Positions 23,200 through 33,244 of a stretch of 64,000 bases of DNA are shown here, piece after piece. Source of the stretch: Cyanophora paradoxa CCMP329 (lineage: Eukaryota > Plantae > Glaucophyta); the NCBI GenBank assembly GCA_004431415.1, contig QPMI01000395.1, positions 1 through 64,000 of the forward strand, read 5' to 3'. A program made the translations under genes and the position numbers. Each line of letters starts with the position of its first letter. Position 1 is the first letter of the stretch. The notes under the pieces were generated by a model. The model worked only from the letters and a program-made list of their open reading frames with translations. It was not told where the DNA came from and did not search any database.

Positions 23200-23640
23200 T
23201 AAGTGGACTCAAGGTTGACTCATATTAATCGTAAAAGTAGTAAAAGTATATGGATTTTGTTACGAATTCAATGCAAGGGTTGACTAAGTGGGTTGAGTTG
23301 ACTCAAATTTCACAGGAAATATTTGGGACCTAAAGTTTTCTAAAAAGGATTTGAAAAAATGTGTCAACTCCCCCCACTTAGTCAACCCTGACCATAAACA
23401 GTAAGGATTTGAGCTAACATGTATCACAAAGTGAACATTTTGAGTCCACTTAGAAGATCCACTTTTGAAATCCAAGTTGATTTTGCTTGAAATTTCAAAG
23501 TTGATCTAAAAGTGAGTCCACCCTGATTGATTATGGTAACAAAGTTGACTAAGTTGACTAAGTTGAGTCATCTTAAGAAATTCAAAGAGACTAAGAGTTC
23601 AAAATGTTTATGAAAAGTGAGTCAACTTAGACCACTTCTG
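23200..23640. repeat. Element A subterminal origin-like region: copy of the 3178-3283 inverted repeat plus dispersed GTTGAC/GTCAAC/GTCCAC motifs
   Basis: GGGTTGACTAAGTGGGTTGAGTTGAC (23277) pairs with GTCAACTCCCCCCACTTAGTCAACCC (ending 23388); tandem AAGTTGACT units at ~23540-23570. Confidence 0.75.
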
Positions 23641-23654
23641 ATAACAAAGTTAAA

Positions 23655-23912
23655 TATTTAATTGATTTAATCGGAAAAGAACATGATTTAATCGAATTTA
23701 TTGATATAATTCCGATTAGATTCATTTAGGATTCAATTAAGATCAATCGAAGTTATTGATATAATTCCGATTAACTACAATTAAGATACAATATCGATTA
23801 ATCGAGTTTATCGATATAACATCGATTAAATTAATTGAAAATGCATATAAAAATACGAAAAGTCATGTGAAAATTCAAATAAATTAATCGATTTTATTGA
23901 TATAACATCGAA
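23655..23912. repeat. AT-rich subterminal short repeats (TTAATCGA / TTATTGATATAA / ATCGAT)
   Basis: Repeated TTATTGATATAA(T/C) and ATCGATTAA units; an analogous tract lies at 37160-37400. Confidence 0.7.
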
Positions 23913-23914
23913 TC

Positions 23915-23987
23915 ACACATATGAATATTCATATTTTAATCCTGAGGCGGAACGCCGAGGGATTAAAATATGAATATTCATATGTGT
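23915..23987. repeat. Terminal fold-back hairpin of element A
   Basis: Perfect 28-bp arms ACACATATGAATATTCATATTTTAATCC (23915-23942) and GGATTAAAATATGAATATTCATATGTGT (23960-23987); the loop contains GGCG-GAA-CGCC. Confidence 0.9.
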
Positions 23988-26525
23988 AAAGAAGTCGCTT
24001 TCGAAATGGTTAGTAGATTCATGCCTGAGAAGAGTATTCAAACCAATGTAAGACTTCATGAATGGGGAAGTAGCGAAAGAGAGAACCTTATTTATTTTCT
24101 TGATTTCAACACCCTTTTTAACGATGTAATTAAGAAGAGGTCGAGCGATCACGTATTTATTCTTGGGCGTAAATGTCGCTGTAAGTTTGGGGTCTCTGCT
24201 GATCTTTTCGCCCGTCAGATCTAATAGTTTACGTTGATAATCACCAAGCATCTCATTGGTGATCACTTCTTTATTCACAATCAGTGGGAAATCGTAATGA
24301 TCTTCAAGAGTTGTGGGGTATTCAAGGTCAACTTCAATAAATGCGCTTCGACCCTCTACCTCTTTAAGTGCCTCTGTGACATCTTCCCATCGATAATCTC
24401 CGATAGGTAGTGGTTGGCTGAGAGCATACCCATAAAGATTATTTGCGTCCAACAAAACTATATGATCGTCAGCATTCTCTACCTTTGCGTATCGTGTGGG
24501 CATGGTAGCAAATCCACCTCTAATGGCTCTCTCAACAAATTCGTATTTCTCTACATCATCGATTAGTTCAATCTTAACTTTGGTGTGTTTGAGCATAGCG
24601 TCCCAAGAGAGACCCGGTGCGCTAACGTAATGTGCGGGATCCAATCCATATTGAGAAAACGCCAATTTGCGGAATGCTTCAAACTTTCTCATTAAATCGC
24701 CCACATCCACAGATTGGAAATCCATGAAATGGGAAGCATCAATGAACTTCCACATGCCCCATTGAAGCGATAGGTATTGATCGAAATTCTTGCTCAGAAT
24801 CTCAACACGAAGTTTATCGTCTTGCTGTGCAATCTTGCGGAATATTCCGTGTCCGCATTCATCCATGTGATCCACCACGATAGCTACTTTGGTTTGCTTC
24901 GAAATTCGCCGGTGGAGGTTACAGTTTCGGCATGCCTTTCCGATGAAATCGCCGGATTGGTGGCAATGATCTCGAACCGGGAAGTTTTCGTGGGTGAATC
25001 TCTGAGAGCAAATGTAACAGTGTTTTGTTACCTTGTATTCCGCCTTCTGATCATCTGTGAGTGGATGCATCGGAATATTTCTAAATAGCGTCTCAACGAT
25101 TTCGGGTCTGATATCTTGGAGAGTTACAAAGAGAGAACCGAGCGGATCGATTCCCTCGAAATGGTATGCTCTCACTTCGTCTCCCATTACCACTCGCAAT
25201 GAAACCGCTTTAATCTCACGTTTACTCCTCTGAGCATCAATAGCGACCGAATGATCTTCGACTTTAACGTAACAGATCACAGGGAGCCACACAGTTTTAC
25301 GCAAGTGTTGCAGACCGAATTCAATTACGCTTCCCGCTTTTGGGCATTTGCCTTTGCTCTCCCTCCAATCAATGCAGCGATTCGCTTCAACATGCATGTC
25401 TAATTTCTCCTGAGTTCTGAAACGCGACAAGCAGGTTTCACAGTAGTAAATGCGACCATCACATGCTTTATCAAACGTAGTTTTCAGAAGACGACTAAAA
25501 GACATGATAGTAATGTAGTGTCCCCGATCATCTTCGGTGTTTTCGATAAGTAAAAGATTAATCTTGGTCTTTCTTCTTGGGTTACTTGATTGATGGAGAG
25601 GATAGAAACACTCTTTGGCGTTATCGGCTCCGTAAATGTTAATAGAGAGTTCGGGGTTCAGTTCTTCGAATCGATCGATTACCTCAGCATCACAGGCAAC
25701 GGGAAACTGAATACCATCGAAATTGAGTTCATTTAACCATCGGCGGTATTGGCTCGGTTCGTTACTCTTGTGTTTATTGATGTCCTTTCGATGCAGGTAA
25801 GCCAAAATCGCATACTTGAAGCAATCTTGCCCGTCGATATTCTTAACATTCACCGTCGCTTTCTTGGATGCGATCCATTCGGGAGTTGCGAAATAGCATC
25901 CTCCCACAGGTGCATAAGACATGATAATGCCTCTAAGTATTTCGATCTTCTCCAAACGGTAACTATCCACTTGCGTCATTTCCTCTTGCATTTTCTGTAA
26001 CGCTTTGCGAACTTCTGTGTCTATGTTGCGGGATCGGGTAATTACGAAATAATCGCTGTAAATGAATTTGGTGATATAGATGCGCGGATTACCTACTTTG
26101 GTAAATTTGCAAACGAAAGTCAGACGGACTTTAACGGCTCTCAGTTGCTCTAAGCAGGTTTTAATGCGTTGCGGTAGACTTGGTGCGATTCTTTCGAGGA
26201 ATTCGATAGCATCCACGACAACTTCATTTCGGGCGCGATAGGTCAACCACGAATACGCTTGATTCATCGCTTGTCCATCTTCGATATCCGGTTCAATTGC
26301 TCCTAATCTCTGTCCTTCACCCATAAATTCCTCCATTCGTTGCATGCGATCGTAGAGGTCATTTGCAATCTCAGTGAGTTGACCTAATCGCGGTCGTCTA
26401 TCTAAGATGGCGGCTTCTCTATCGTATTCCGCTTCGGTGATCTCACCTGTAACTAAGAGAGTTCCTAACAATCCAAGTATTTCATTTTTCTTTTCTTTGA
26501 TCAGTCTGTTCGTTTGGCGGGGCAT
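23988..26525 (-). CDS. Polinton-type DNA polymerase B of element B, truncated just before motif B
   Basis: N-terminal region, OTU-like protease motifs (NIDGQDCFKYAIL...GHYITI), C2H2-like CETC..H, endonuclease VII-like Zn module (HCYIC...VRDHCH...CRNCNL), SAPGLSWDAML and motif A DANNLYG. Homology stops at FESDFF; the last 24 aa of ORF 23913-26525 are read from element A's hairpin. Confidence 0.93.
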
Positions 26526-26567
26526 CTTTGCTATAAAGGAACATTTTTATTTTGGATTTTGAACGCA

Positions 26568-26726
26568 TTAAGTTCTAATGATTCTCACCGTTGTTTCCTT
26601 TGGAATATATATAGTAACATAGTTTCTCTTCCGCCTGTTATTGATACCACAATTATACTTTATGAACTTTGCAACCTCTTCCAAATCACCTTCCACAACC
26701 GATTGGTTCATTTTGACGCTATTCAT
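26568..26726 (-). CDS. Small hypothetical viral protein
   Basis: Short ORF in the slot occupied by GIY-YIG in element A, preceded by two AAAATTGA motifs; no recognisable domain. Confidence 0.4.
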   Translation of the reverse strand: MNSVKMNQSVVEGDLEEVAKFIKYNCGINNRRKRNYVTIYIPKETTVRIIRT

Positions 26727-26786
26727 TTTCAACTGAGACACACGTTCAATTTTTAAATCACCAGTCAATTTTTTATTTTTTATTCG

Positions 26787-26878
26787 GTGTAACGGGTGTA
26801 ACAGGTAAATCCCAAAGTTTTCGGATTTTCACCTCCCTAGGAGCGAAGTTTGGGATTTACCTGTTACACCTGTTACAC
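26787..26878. repeat. Element B internal inverted repeat (30-bp arms with GGTGTAACA iterons), putative replication origin
   Basis: GTGTAACGGGTGTAACAGGTAAATCCCAAA pairs with TTTGGGATTTACCTGTTACACCTGTTACAC (1 mismatch), ~70 bp downstream of the helicase stop. Confidence 0.8.
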
Positions 26879-26946
26879 TTACTGTTTTCAGTAAGGTTAT
26901 AAAAAAAAGTATGAATTATCAGTAAGAATAGTATGTTTTGTTGTAA

Positions 26947-29289
26947 TTAGTTGGGAGCCTCTACGTCGTCGTCATCGTCGTCCTCAATCATAATCTTCTT
27001 TTTCAGTCCGAAGTAACCACGCTTCACCTGACCTCTTTCTCGAACAGTTTCAGACTTCACATTAAAGACTTCGCGGACTCGCTTTCCAATACTGGCGGCA
27101 TCGGTTTTATCATCAACAGAACGATAGCCAGTAATGATAGCTTCACTCCTAATGAAATCGTTTCGGCTTCCAGTCTTCTCATAAGTGCTGCGGAGCCACT
27201 CCCCGATTTTATCGTTATCATTGAAGTATTCCAGTCCCTGATCGATGATAGACTGTGGCGGATTCATCAGCAGCTGTGCAAGATCCTGTTTCTTCCACAT
27301 GTCCAAGAAGATCGACATTTGAGCCATCTTGTATTCGTCGTCATTCATGATGGACATAAGTGAAGTATCCGCTTTCTTCTCACCAGGTTGAGGGTTGGGC
27401 TTGAAGACGCAAGAGAAACGATAGTAAGAGAGTCGCCGGTAAATCGCAGCATCGGGTTTACTCATCCCCAGGTTCTCATTCGTCGATAAGAAGATTTGAC
27501 CCATAGGAATGTAGGTAACAGGATCTTTGAACAGGGCGCGAACCTTCATCTCGTTACCACCTGTAATCTCTTTGATCTTGCTAATTTGAAGCTTGTCGCC
27601 ATCTTCCGCTTCATTTGAAAAGATAATGCGACGACCCAGAATATCCGCAAGTTCAGGTGTAGCGTCTGATGCATTCTTTTTCGGTTTCGTCCAATATGAC
27701 ATATTGATTGTTCCGAAATACTGTCCGAATGTTTGCTTGACCATCTCCTGAACGAGAGATTTACCATTGGCTCCAATTCCAGTCCAGAAATTGAACTTTT
27801 GAATATCTGTGCGACCACTCAGAGAGAAAGCGATCGAACCCATCACGAAATTGCGCTCAATTTCCTCTTCGATGATGTCAGAGTAGATGGAAAGGATCTT
27901 GGTGACTTTCACAGAATCCACCTCGGGGCAATAATCATAACCAACAGTCTTACTGATCATGTCTTCTGGGAGTCCCCTTCGGAAAGTCATAGAATTCAGA
28001 TCAAATACGCCATTTGTGAATCCAATCACATTGGTAACAGTATCAAGTCTCTCGAAGAATGTCTTATCGTTCATCAGAACTGTGAGATCAGACAGAAGAG
28101 AAGTTCGGTAATTAGTCTGTTTGAGTTTCTTTGCGATACCAAGAAGAACCTGTGATCTCTCCTCCAAAGATGCACGATTCTCTTCATCACGAAGCGCTCT
28201 CTGAGCGAATTGCACAGCACGTTGAAGATAAGCCGGGCAAACCCTGCAACTCAAACACAGATAGATTCGTTTCCCGGTCTCATCCATCTCCCAGATTCCG
28301 TAAGCCTCGTTGAACTTGAACCACGTCTTGTTTGAATACTTGTAGCTGTCTCGCAGAACAAGAAAAGCAACCTGGGCAACATCATAATGTCCGCCATCAG
28401 ATCCAATCGACCGATCAATTAGCTTTTCAATCTGAACATCGGTATCAGCTTGAACGCGAACCGTCATAACTCGCTTCTTGCAATTGGTGCTATAACTTGA
28501 AACAATATACTTGTCTTTCTCGTTCCCTTGAAGTATATACCAATTGTTGGAGTCATGGCTTCCCTTGCAGCAGGGACAAATCAGACCTTTGTTCTCAGCA
28601 GTGAAACTGTAACCCTTCTCGGTCTCATTAATGATTGTGGGTAAGATGAAACCAAATTCTTCAAGTTTCCGGAGAATGTGTTTCTGCAAATCCTCTTCAA
28701 TGCTCCTATCAATAGAAGAGTGTCCGCCTTTCGGAAAAAGGTAGTTGTCAATCATCCACTTTTGGAGTTCAGCACTCGGTTCGATCAACTCACAGCCTTC
28801 CGCCCATGGTTCTCTGATCCAAGTTTTACCGGGGCTTGGGGAAACGTTGATCAACCCAGCAGTTCCAGTGGACGCAATTGTCTTACAGTCGATCTTAGGA
28901 TAACCTTTGAAAGCACCCGCTTTATCCCAGATCTTCACAGCATCGAAGTCAGAAGGACGAGAGAAGTAAACATGATATCCTTTTTTGGTTTTAGCAAGAG
29001 GATTGACACCACCGAAATCATCGGGGAATTGCTCCTCGAATTTGGTGAAATCCTCCTCTTGGTCGAAGTCGATAACCACGATATTGCGAGCGAGAATGCC
29101 CCAAGCAACATACTTACCGGATTTCAGGGCTTCATCGAATTTATCCCAAGTCCACGATCCGTCTTTATGGGCGAAAAGGGGTTTTTTGGTATCGGGATCA
29201 ACGGGTATTACGATATTCTCAGACAGGACATCGTCTTCACGAAGCCAATCAACAAGGCGTTTCAGGGATTTCTTGGCGGCAGCGTTCAT
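26947..29289 (-). CDS. Prim-Pol-type primase - Zn finger - D5-like SF3 helicase
   Basis: IVVIDFD and KTKKGYHVYF (Prim-Pol), CPCC..SH Zn site, D5_N-like IGFTNGVFDL...FR...PED.IS..VGYDY, Walker A GIGANGKS, KEITGG and AIYRR. Confidence 0.9.
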   Translation of the reverse strand: MNAAAKKSLKRLVDWLREDDVLSENIVIPVDPDTKKPLFAHKDGSWTWDKFDEALKSGKYVAWGILARNIVVIDFDQEEDFTKFEEQFPDDFGGVNPLAKTKKGYHVYFSRPSDFDAVKIWDKAGAFKGYPKIDCKTIASTGTAGLINVSPSPGKTWIREPWAEGCELIEPSAELQKWMIDNYLFPKGGHSSIDRSIEEDLQKHILRKLEEFGFILPTIINETEKGYSFTAENKGLICPCCKGSHDSNNWYILQGNEKDKYIVSSYSTNCKKRVMTVRVQADTDVQIEKLIDRSIGSDGGHYDVAQVAFLVLRDSYKYSNKTWFKFNEAYGIWEMDETGKRIYLCLSCRVCPAYLQRAVQFAQRALRDEENRASLEERSQVLLGIAKKLKQTNYRTSLLSDLTVLMNDKTFFERLDTVTNVIGFTNGVFDLNSMTFRRGLPEDMISKTVGYDYCPEVDSVKVTKILSIYSDIIEEEIERNFVMGSIAFSLSGRTDIQKFNFWTGIGANGKSLVQEMVKQTFGQYFGTINMSYWTKPKKNASDATPELADILGRRIIFSNEAEDGDKLQISKIKEITGGNEMKVRALFKDPVTYIPMGQIFLSTNENLGMSKPDAAIYRRLSYYRFSCVFKPNPQPGEKKADTSLMSIMNDDEYKMAQMSIFLDMWKKQDLAQLLMNPPQSIIDQGLEYFNDNDKIGEWLRSTYEKTGSRNDFIRSEAIITGYRSVDDKTDAASIGKRVREVFNVKSETVRERGQVKRGYFGLKKKIMIEDDDDDDVEAPN

Positions 29290-29495
29290 TTCGATAATCG
29301 GGGGTGTCTTATCTATGATGGAGAAAAGAGTTTCTCCGGATTCCTGTCATTTTTTGGCGGCTAACCTTTAAGTGGTTGATATCTCTTCAATTACCAAAAA
29401 CGGCAATCGGGAGATGGTTACGGATCTATCGAAGCATATCGATAGACCGCTCGAAAAATGAGTAATTGGGTTCAGCGGTCAAATGGGTATTTCCC

Positions 29496-29732
29496 TCAAT
29501 ACTTTCGTGGACGTCCCCGTGACTTGTTTTCGATTCCCTCCCGCTCCTTACGACGATAATATGAAGCGAGCGATTGCGCCTTCTTATACTCCCGATAAAC
29601 GGGGTCTTCGTTGTAGAGCGTTCGCTTCCTTAGAGCATCTCTCATCTTGTAATTGGCGCGGGTCTCCTCTTCTTCATCGCCGAATTCGACAACGCTAATC
29701 ATGTCTTCGGTTATATGAATTACAGTCGCCAT
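29496..29732 (-). CDS. Small basic protein with C-terminal AT-hook
   Basis: Ends SRGRPRKY; homologous to two element A ORFs; the ATG at 29732 is preferred over the longer non-ATG start. Confidence 0.72.
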   Translation of the reverse strand: MATVIHITEDMISVVEFGDEEEETRANYKMRDALRKRTLYNEDPVYREYKKAQSLASYYRRKEREGIENKSRGRPRKY

Positions 29733-29808
29733 GTTCCCCTTTATATGTAGTTGAGAAAATGTTTTACCACTCTGTATTATGCCTGATGTCTTTAAGTATT
29801 TTATGGTG

Positions 29809-29919
29809 TCATTTTTTGTTGACCAAAGCCAGTTGGTGTCTACGTTCTTCAATTGCAGATTTAACGGCGTAAATCCTTCGTTTCGATAGTATGATGTCGT
29901 AGATCTCTTCGAGTGACAT
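29809..29919 (-). CDS. Conserved 36-aa viral hypothetical protein
   Basis: MSLEEIYDIILSKRRIYAVKSAIEERRHQLALVNKK aligns with 6552-6674 (Y.II..KR..YA...AI). Confidence 0.55.
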   Translation of the reverse strand: MSLEEIYDIILSKRRIYAVKSAIEERRHQLALVNKK

Positions 29920-29940
29920 TTGATACCATAACCAAAGATA

Positions 29941-30158
29941 TTATTTATGATCGTTATGCGAAAACGATCGGCGACGGACAGTCTCAGTTTCCGTAACGGT
30001 GACTGTCTCAGTTGTTATCGAATCTTGCGATTGCCTTCGCCCTCCATTGCTTCCACCATCTGAGAAATCCATTTCGAATTTCGTATCGCAGCAGTCATTG
30101 TGACAATCGGTTACGCAATGCATCTCAAACATCTCAATGATCTTTTTCAGAAACTCCA
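29941..30158 (-). CDS. Small Cys-rich viral protein
   Basis: MEFLKKIIEMFEMHCVTDCHNDCCDT, homologue of 6883-7155. Confidence 0.7.
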
Positions 30159-30185
30159 TTGATTCCCTCTTTAAACAATATATAA

Positions 30186-30917
30186 TTAAAGCCAAACTCT
30201 CCGCTTGTATGCTGTGGGAGCTACACCTTTGTCGACTTCCGCTTTGGTAGCACCAGGTTCAACAGTTCCCTTTTGGGTCTTTGTCTTCAACTCATCTACC
30301 GCTTGTTCGTCAATTTGGGTCTCCTTCTTACCAATAAACTGCTTATCAGGAACACCAGTAATACCCATTCGGAATACCTCTTTGCGCAGCATTTCCTTGA
30401 TTTTCGATCGCTCCTTCTTCTCAGTTACATACTGTTCAAGAGCGCTTGATTTTGCTTCCAGATCCTTTAATTTAGCGGTCATCTCATCCCATTGCGCTTT
30501 CGGGATTCGGTGGATGTTTTGAGTTGGCGCAACCTTGTAAGTAACTTCACCAGCCATCGATTGAATTACCTTGTCGGATTCTTTGGAAACACCTTCACCC
30601 TTGCGAGCGAGGGAAAGATCTTTGAGACCGAGTTCACGATCATCGGCAGCACCGATAATCCGACGGGCGCCTTCACCGACCGCCTTCATCTTCGAGACTT
30701 CCGGCGAGATGTTCAATTGCTCACTTTGGGATGTTTGCGGCGCTTTATCACCGGGCGCTTCTTCATAAGCGGCATTTAAGGGGTCTTCTTCCTGTTGTGA
30801 TGGTTTCACTTCGCTCATTCCGTTGAATTTCATGGGTGTGGTGTTGAGAGATCCATGACTTTCACCGCCGGAATATGACATAGCACCAGCGGGAACACCT
30901 CTACGTTTCGGCGGCAT
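30186..30917 (-). CDS. Conserved viral protein starting MPPKR (candidate core/virion protein)
   Basis: 243-aa intact ORF, highly similar to 7178-7911, directly downstream of the ATPase. Confidence 0.82.
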   Translation of the reverse strand: MPPKRRGVPAGAMSYSGGESHGSLNTTPMKFNGMSEVKPSQQEEDPLNAAYEEAPGDKAPQTSQSEQLNISPEVSKMKAVGEGARRIIGAADDRELGLKDLSLARKGEGVSKESDKVIQSMAGEVTYKVAPTQNIHRIPKAQWDEMTAKLKDLEAKSSALEQYVTEKKERSKIKEMLRKEVFRMGITGVPDKQFIGKKETQIDEQAVDELKTKTQKGTVEPGATKAEVDKGVAPTAYKRRVWL

Positions 30918-30945
30918 TGTATATTTATAACATACAGAGATAATT

Positions 30946-31728
30946 TTACAATCCCCTCTTATATCGCATCAACTTATTCGTGTGAACAGCGCTCTTTATC
31001 TCTTTCGGCGCTTCCTCCTTCTCGGGTGGTTTTAATTCGTCTTCTTTCTTTTTGGGCTTTCTGTGAAACCGAGGAAACCCAAACTCTTTAACGAGTTCCG
31101 CTTTATCAACATAGTATTCCACCGAATAATTCGCAGAACTCCAAATGAGAAACTGATAGGAGTGAACGTATTCCTCAAACATCTTATAGAAAGCGTCTTT
31201 ATCCCGCATGATATTGTATTCTTCTTCAATGGCTTCCAGTTCTTTGCGATTGGCGGCACTAAGGAACATTGCATAATCCGAATTAACGCGAATGGTTGAA
31301 GAAACCTTACGCAGTTTCTGAGTTATGCAGATAATCGAAATTTTCGAATGTCTTCCACGGCTGTAAAGACTTCCAATAATTTTATCACGGGTTAGATCGA
31401 CTATCTCATTGTCTATAAGATCATCGAGAACGACACATAACTGGTTAACGGGTTCTCCTTTCTCAATTTTCTCTTGTCTTTCATCGAGAAGTTTAGCGAT
31501 GTAAGGCGCATCCCATTTACCGAGTTGCAATGTTGCTACTTTATCCCAGAAATGATTGAAACTCGTCCCACTTACAACGAGAACCACATCTATCTTTTTC
31601 GCATCATGTAGCTGTTTTAGCCAATACTTGACCGCTTCGCTTTTACCCGTCGCAGATTTTCCAATTGCTAAGACACGGAATGGTGGGTTTATCATCTCAC
31701 CAGCATTAAATTCGGGAACGTCAGACAT
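30946..31728 (-). CDS. A32-like genome packaging ATPase
   Basis: Near-identical protein to 7940-8722; the true start MSDVPEF is at 31728. Confidence 0.93.
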   Translation of the reverse strand: MSDVPEFNAGEMINPPFRVLAIGKSATGKSEAVKYWLKQLHDAKKIDVVLVVSGTSFNHFWDKVATLQLGKWDAPYIAKLLDERQEKIEKGEPVNQLCVVLDDLIDNEIVDLTRDKIIGSLYSRGRHSKISIICITQKLRKVSSTIRVNSDYAMFLSAANRKELEAIEEEYNIMRDKDAFYKMFEEYVHSYQFLIWSSANYSVEYYVDKAELVKEFGFPRFHRKPKKKEDELKPPEKEEAPKEIKSAVHTNKLMRYKRGL

Positions 31729-31789
31729 GGCGTAGTAGATTCTTCTTAATAAAGATAGATAAAAATAACGAAATCTTACTGATAATGGT

Positions 31790-33190
31790 TTAGAGATTAA
31801 TGCGGCGAATTCCGTCCTTATCGACAATAATGAACGAATGCATGAGAGCGCGAACGTTAACAGTAATTGTGCGATCAGCAGGAAGATATAGAGTGAGGAA
31901 TGATGAAGACGAGTTCGTAAGGTCAACATATCCAGATTGGGCAATGTTGCGAATCGCCTTCTCACCATCAACACAGAATGGGAATCCAGTAAGGACGTAA
32001 CGGTTTGCTTCCTTGTCCATATTCGAGCATTTGAAGGCATCGGCGATGAGTTCCGCACCTTTGAGTAGCGGGATCGGCTCCGTCGAATAAAGACGCTGTC
32101 CGTTGATCTCACAAGTCATCGTGATATCCTTCGCATTCGCAAGCGTTTTAAGGACGCTGTGAGAACCATTCGAGGTATCGACACCATCAGCATCACGAAC
32201 AGAGACAAGAAGAGCATAAACGAGACCGGAGATTTGGCTAAGATTAATTCGGTTGGGTTGAGTGTTACCTTTTGCAGCAACAGCGATAGAATCGACGAAA
32301 CCGATGTCGAGAGCGGGAATAGCCATCCCTGTGGTCTTAACCTTCTCAATAACAGTTGCAAACAGTTCATCAGAAACGTTGATAGCATGCATGTAGAGAC
32401 GAGGTGCTTTAATGGAGATGTAATGGGTCATTGGTGGAACAGTTCCAGCAACTTCGAACCCAGTAATACCGCCAGTGGTGATGTTTTGACCAACATTAGC
32501 AAGTGTAACGCTCGTAGCATTTCCAAGTCCATCATCTGATGATTTATCAGCAGCAGTGCTTCCTACAACAGGAAGAGAGCGACCACCATAAGAAGTTTCA
32601 AGGTATCCCTTGTTAGCTTCCTTAAACCACACAGTGATGACGGCTTCACCCGAGAGAGCGCCAAGTGGTAGATAATGGTTCAACCACGGCACCGGAATTT
32701 CGACGAAGAAAGCGCCACCTTTACGGTTGGTTCCGTGAGCGGGGATACCATGAAGCATTCCCATTGAACGCTTCTTTTTCGCCAGTTGATCCTCAGAATA
32801 GTAGACCAGTGGGAAAATCGCCAGGAAATCAGACGGCACGTGGTAGGTATACGAGCCATACGAGAATTCAAGACGCTCTACAAGCGCACCGACGGGACGA
32901 GTGTAACCATTTCGCACCAGGTCGTCATCACCAGTAAAAGCAGTTAGTTCGGGAAGATCGAAAGCGAGTTCGATTTTACCGACAAAGTTGTAGCGGGGAA
33001 GTTTGAAAGAAACGCGTTGACCAACGTTGTTATCGTAGGTTGTCGATGGACTAACGGTTACCAGAACGGGTTTCGTCTTCGATTCAAGACCAAGCATAAG
33101 CGAGTTATCGAGGAAGAACGCTTTGGCTTCCTCGGGCGTTGTAAGCGCCTCTTTCAGAGAAAGACGTTGAAGGGTCGAGGTAACATCCAT
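31790..33190 (-). CDS. Double-jelly-roll major capsid protein
   Basis: 466 aa, beta-rich; N-terminal pattern G.RVSFKLPR...L.FDLP.L....Y..PVG.LVERLE..YG and VEIP.PW...LPL.AL...ITVWF resembles NCLDV/PLV capsids; lies between the ATPase and the penton. Confidence 0.87.
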   Translation of the reverse strand: MDVTSTLQRLSLKEALTTPEEAKAFFLDNSLMLGLESKTKPVLVTVSPSTTYDNNVGQRVSFKLPRYNFVGKIELAFDLPELTAFTGDDDLVRNGYTRPVGALVERLEFSYGSYTYHVPSDFLAIFPLVYYSEDQLAKKKRSMGMLHGIPAHGTNRKGGAFFVEIPVPWLNHYLPLGALSGEAVITVWFKEANKGYLETSYGGRSLPVVGSTAADKSSDDGLGNATSVTLANVGQNITTGGITGFEVAGTVPPMTHYISIKAPRLYMHAINVSDELFATVIEKVKTTGMAIPALDIGFVDSIAVAAKGNTQPNRINLSQISGLVYALLVSVRDADGVDTSNGSHSVLKTLANAKDITMTCEINGQRLYSTEPIPLLKGAELIADAFKCSNMDKEANRYVLTGFPFCVDGEKAIRNIAQSGYVDLTNSSSSFLTLYLPADRTITVNVRALMHSFIIVDKDGIRRINL

Positions 33191-33244
33191 TCTGTTTTGC
33201 TTTTACTATACAAAAATATAAAAATTCTGTGAATGATCCTTAAT

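Larger units (their letters stand above)
1..23987. mobile_element. Endogenous Polinton-like virus, element A (left part extends beyond the window)
   Basis: AT-rich intronless block with PolB, primase-SF3 helicase, A32 ATPase, DJR major capsid, two pentons and fibre genes; ends sharply at a 28-bp terminal hairpin (...TATGTGT, 23987). Confidence 0.9.

Noticed and set aside
23913-23987. C-terminal THMNIHILIPRRSASGLKYEYSYV of the 870-aa PolB ORF
   Set aside because: It is read-through into element A's terminal hairpin, not polymerase sequence.
28678-29371. Plus-strand ORFs of 228 and 128 aa, and similar antisense ORFs across the viral genes
   Set aside because: They are antisense shadows of conserved minus-strand genes and are not conserved between elements A and B.
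31729-32112. N-terminal extension of the 388-aa ATPase ORF
   Set aside because: It overlaps the MCP gene in another frame and has no counterpart in element A; the real start is 31728.
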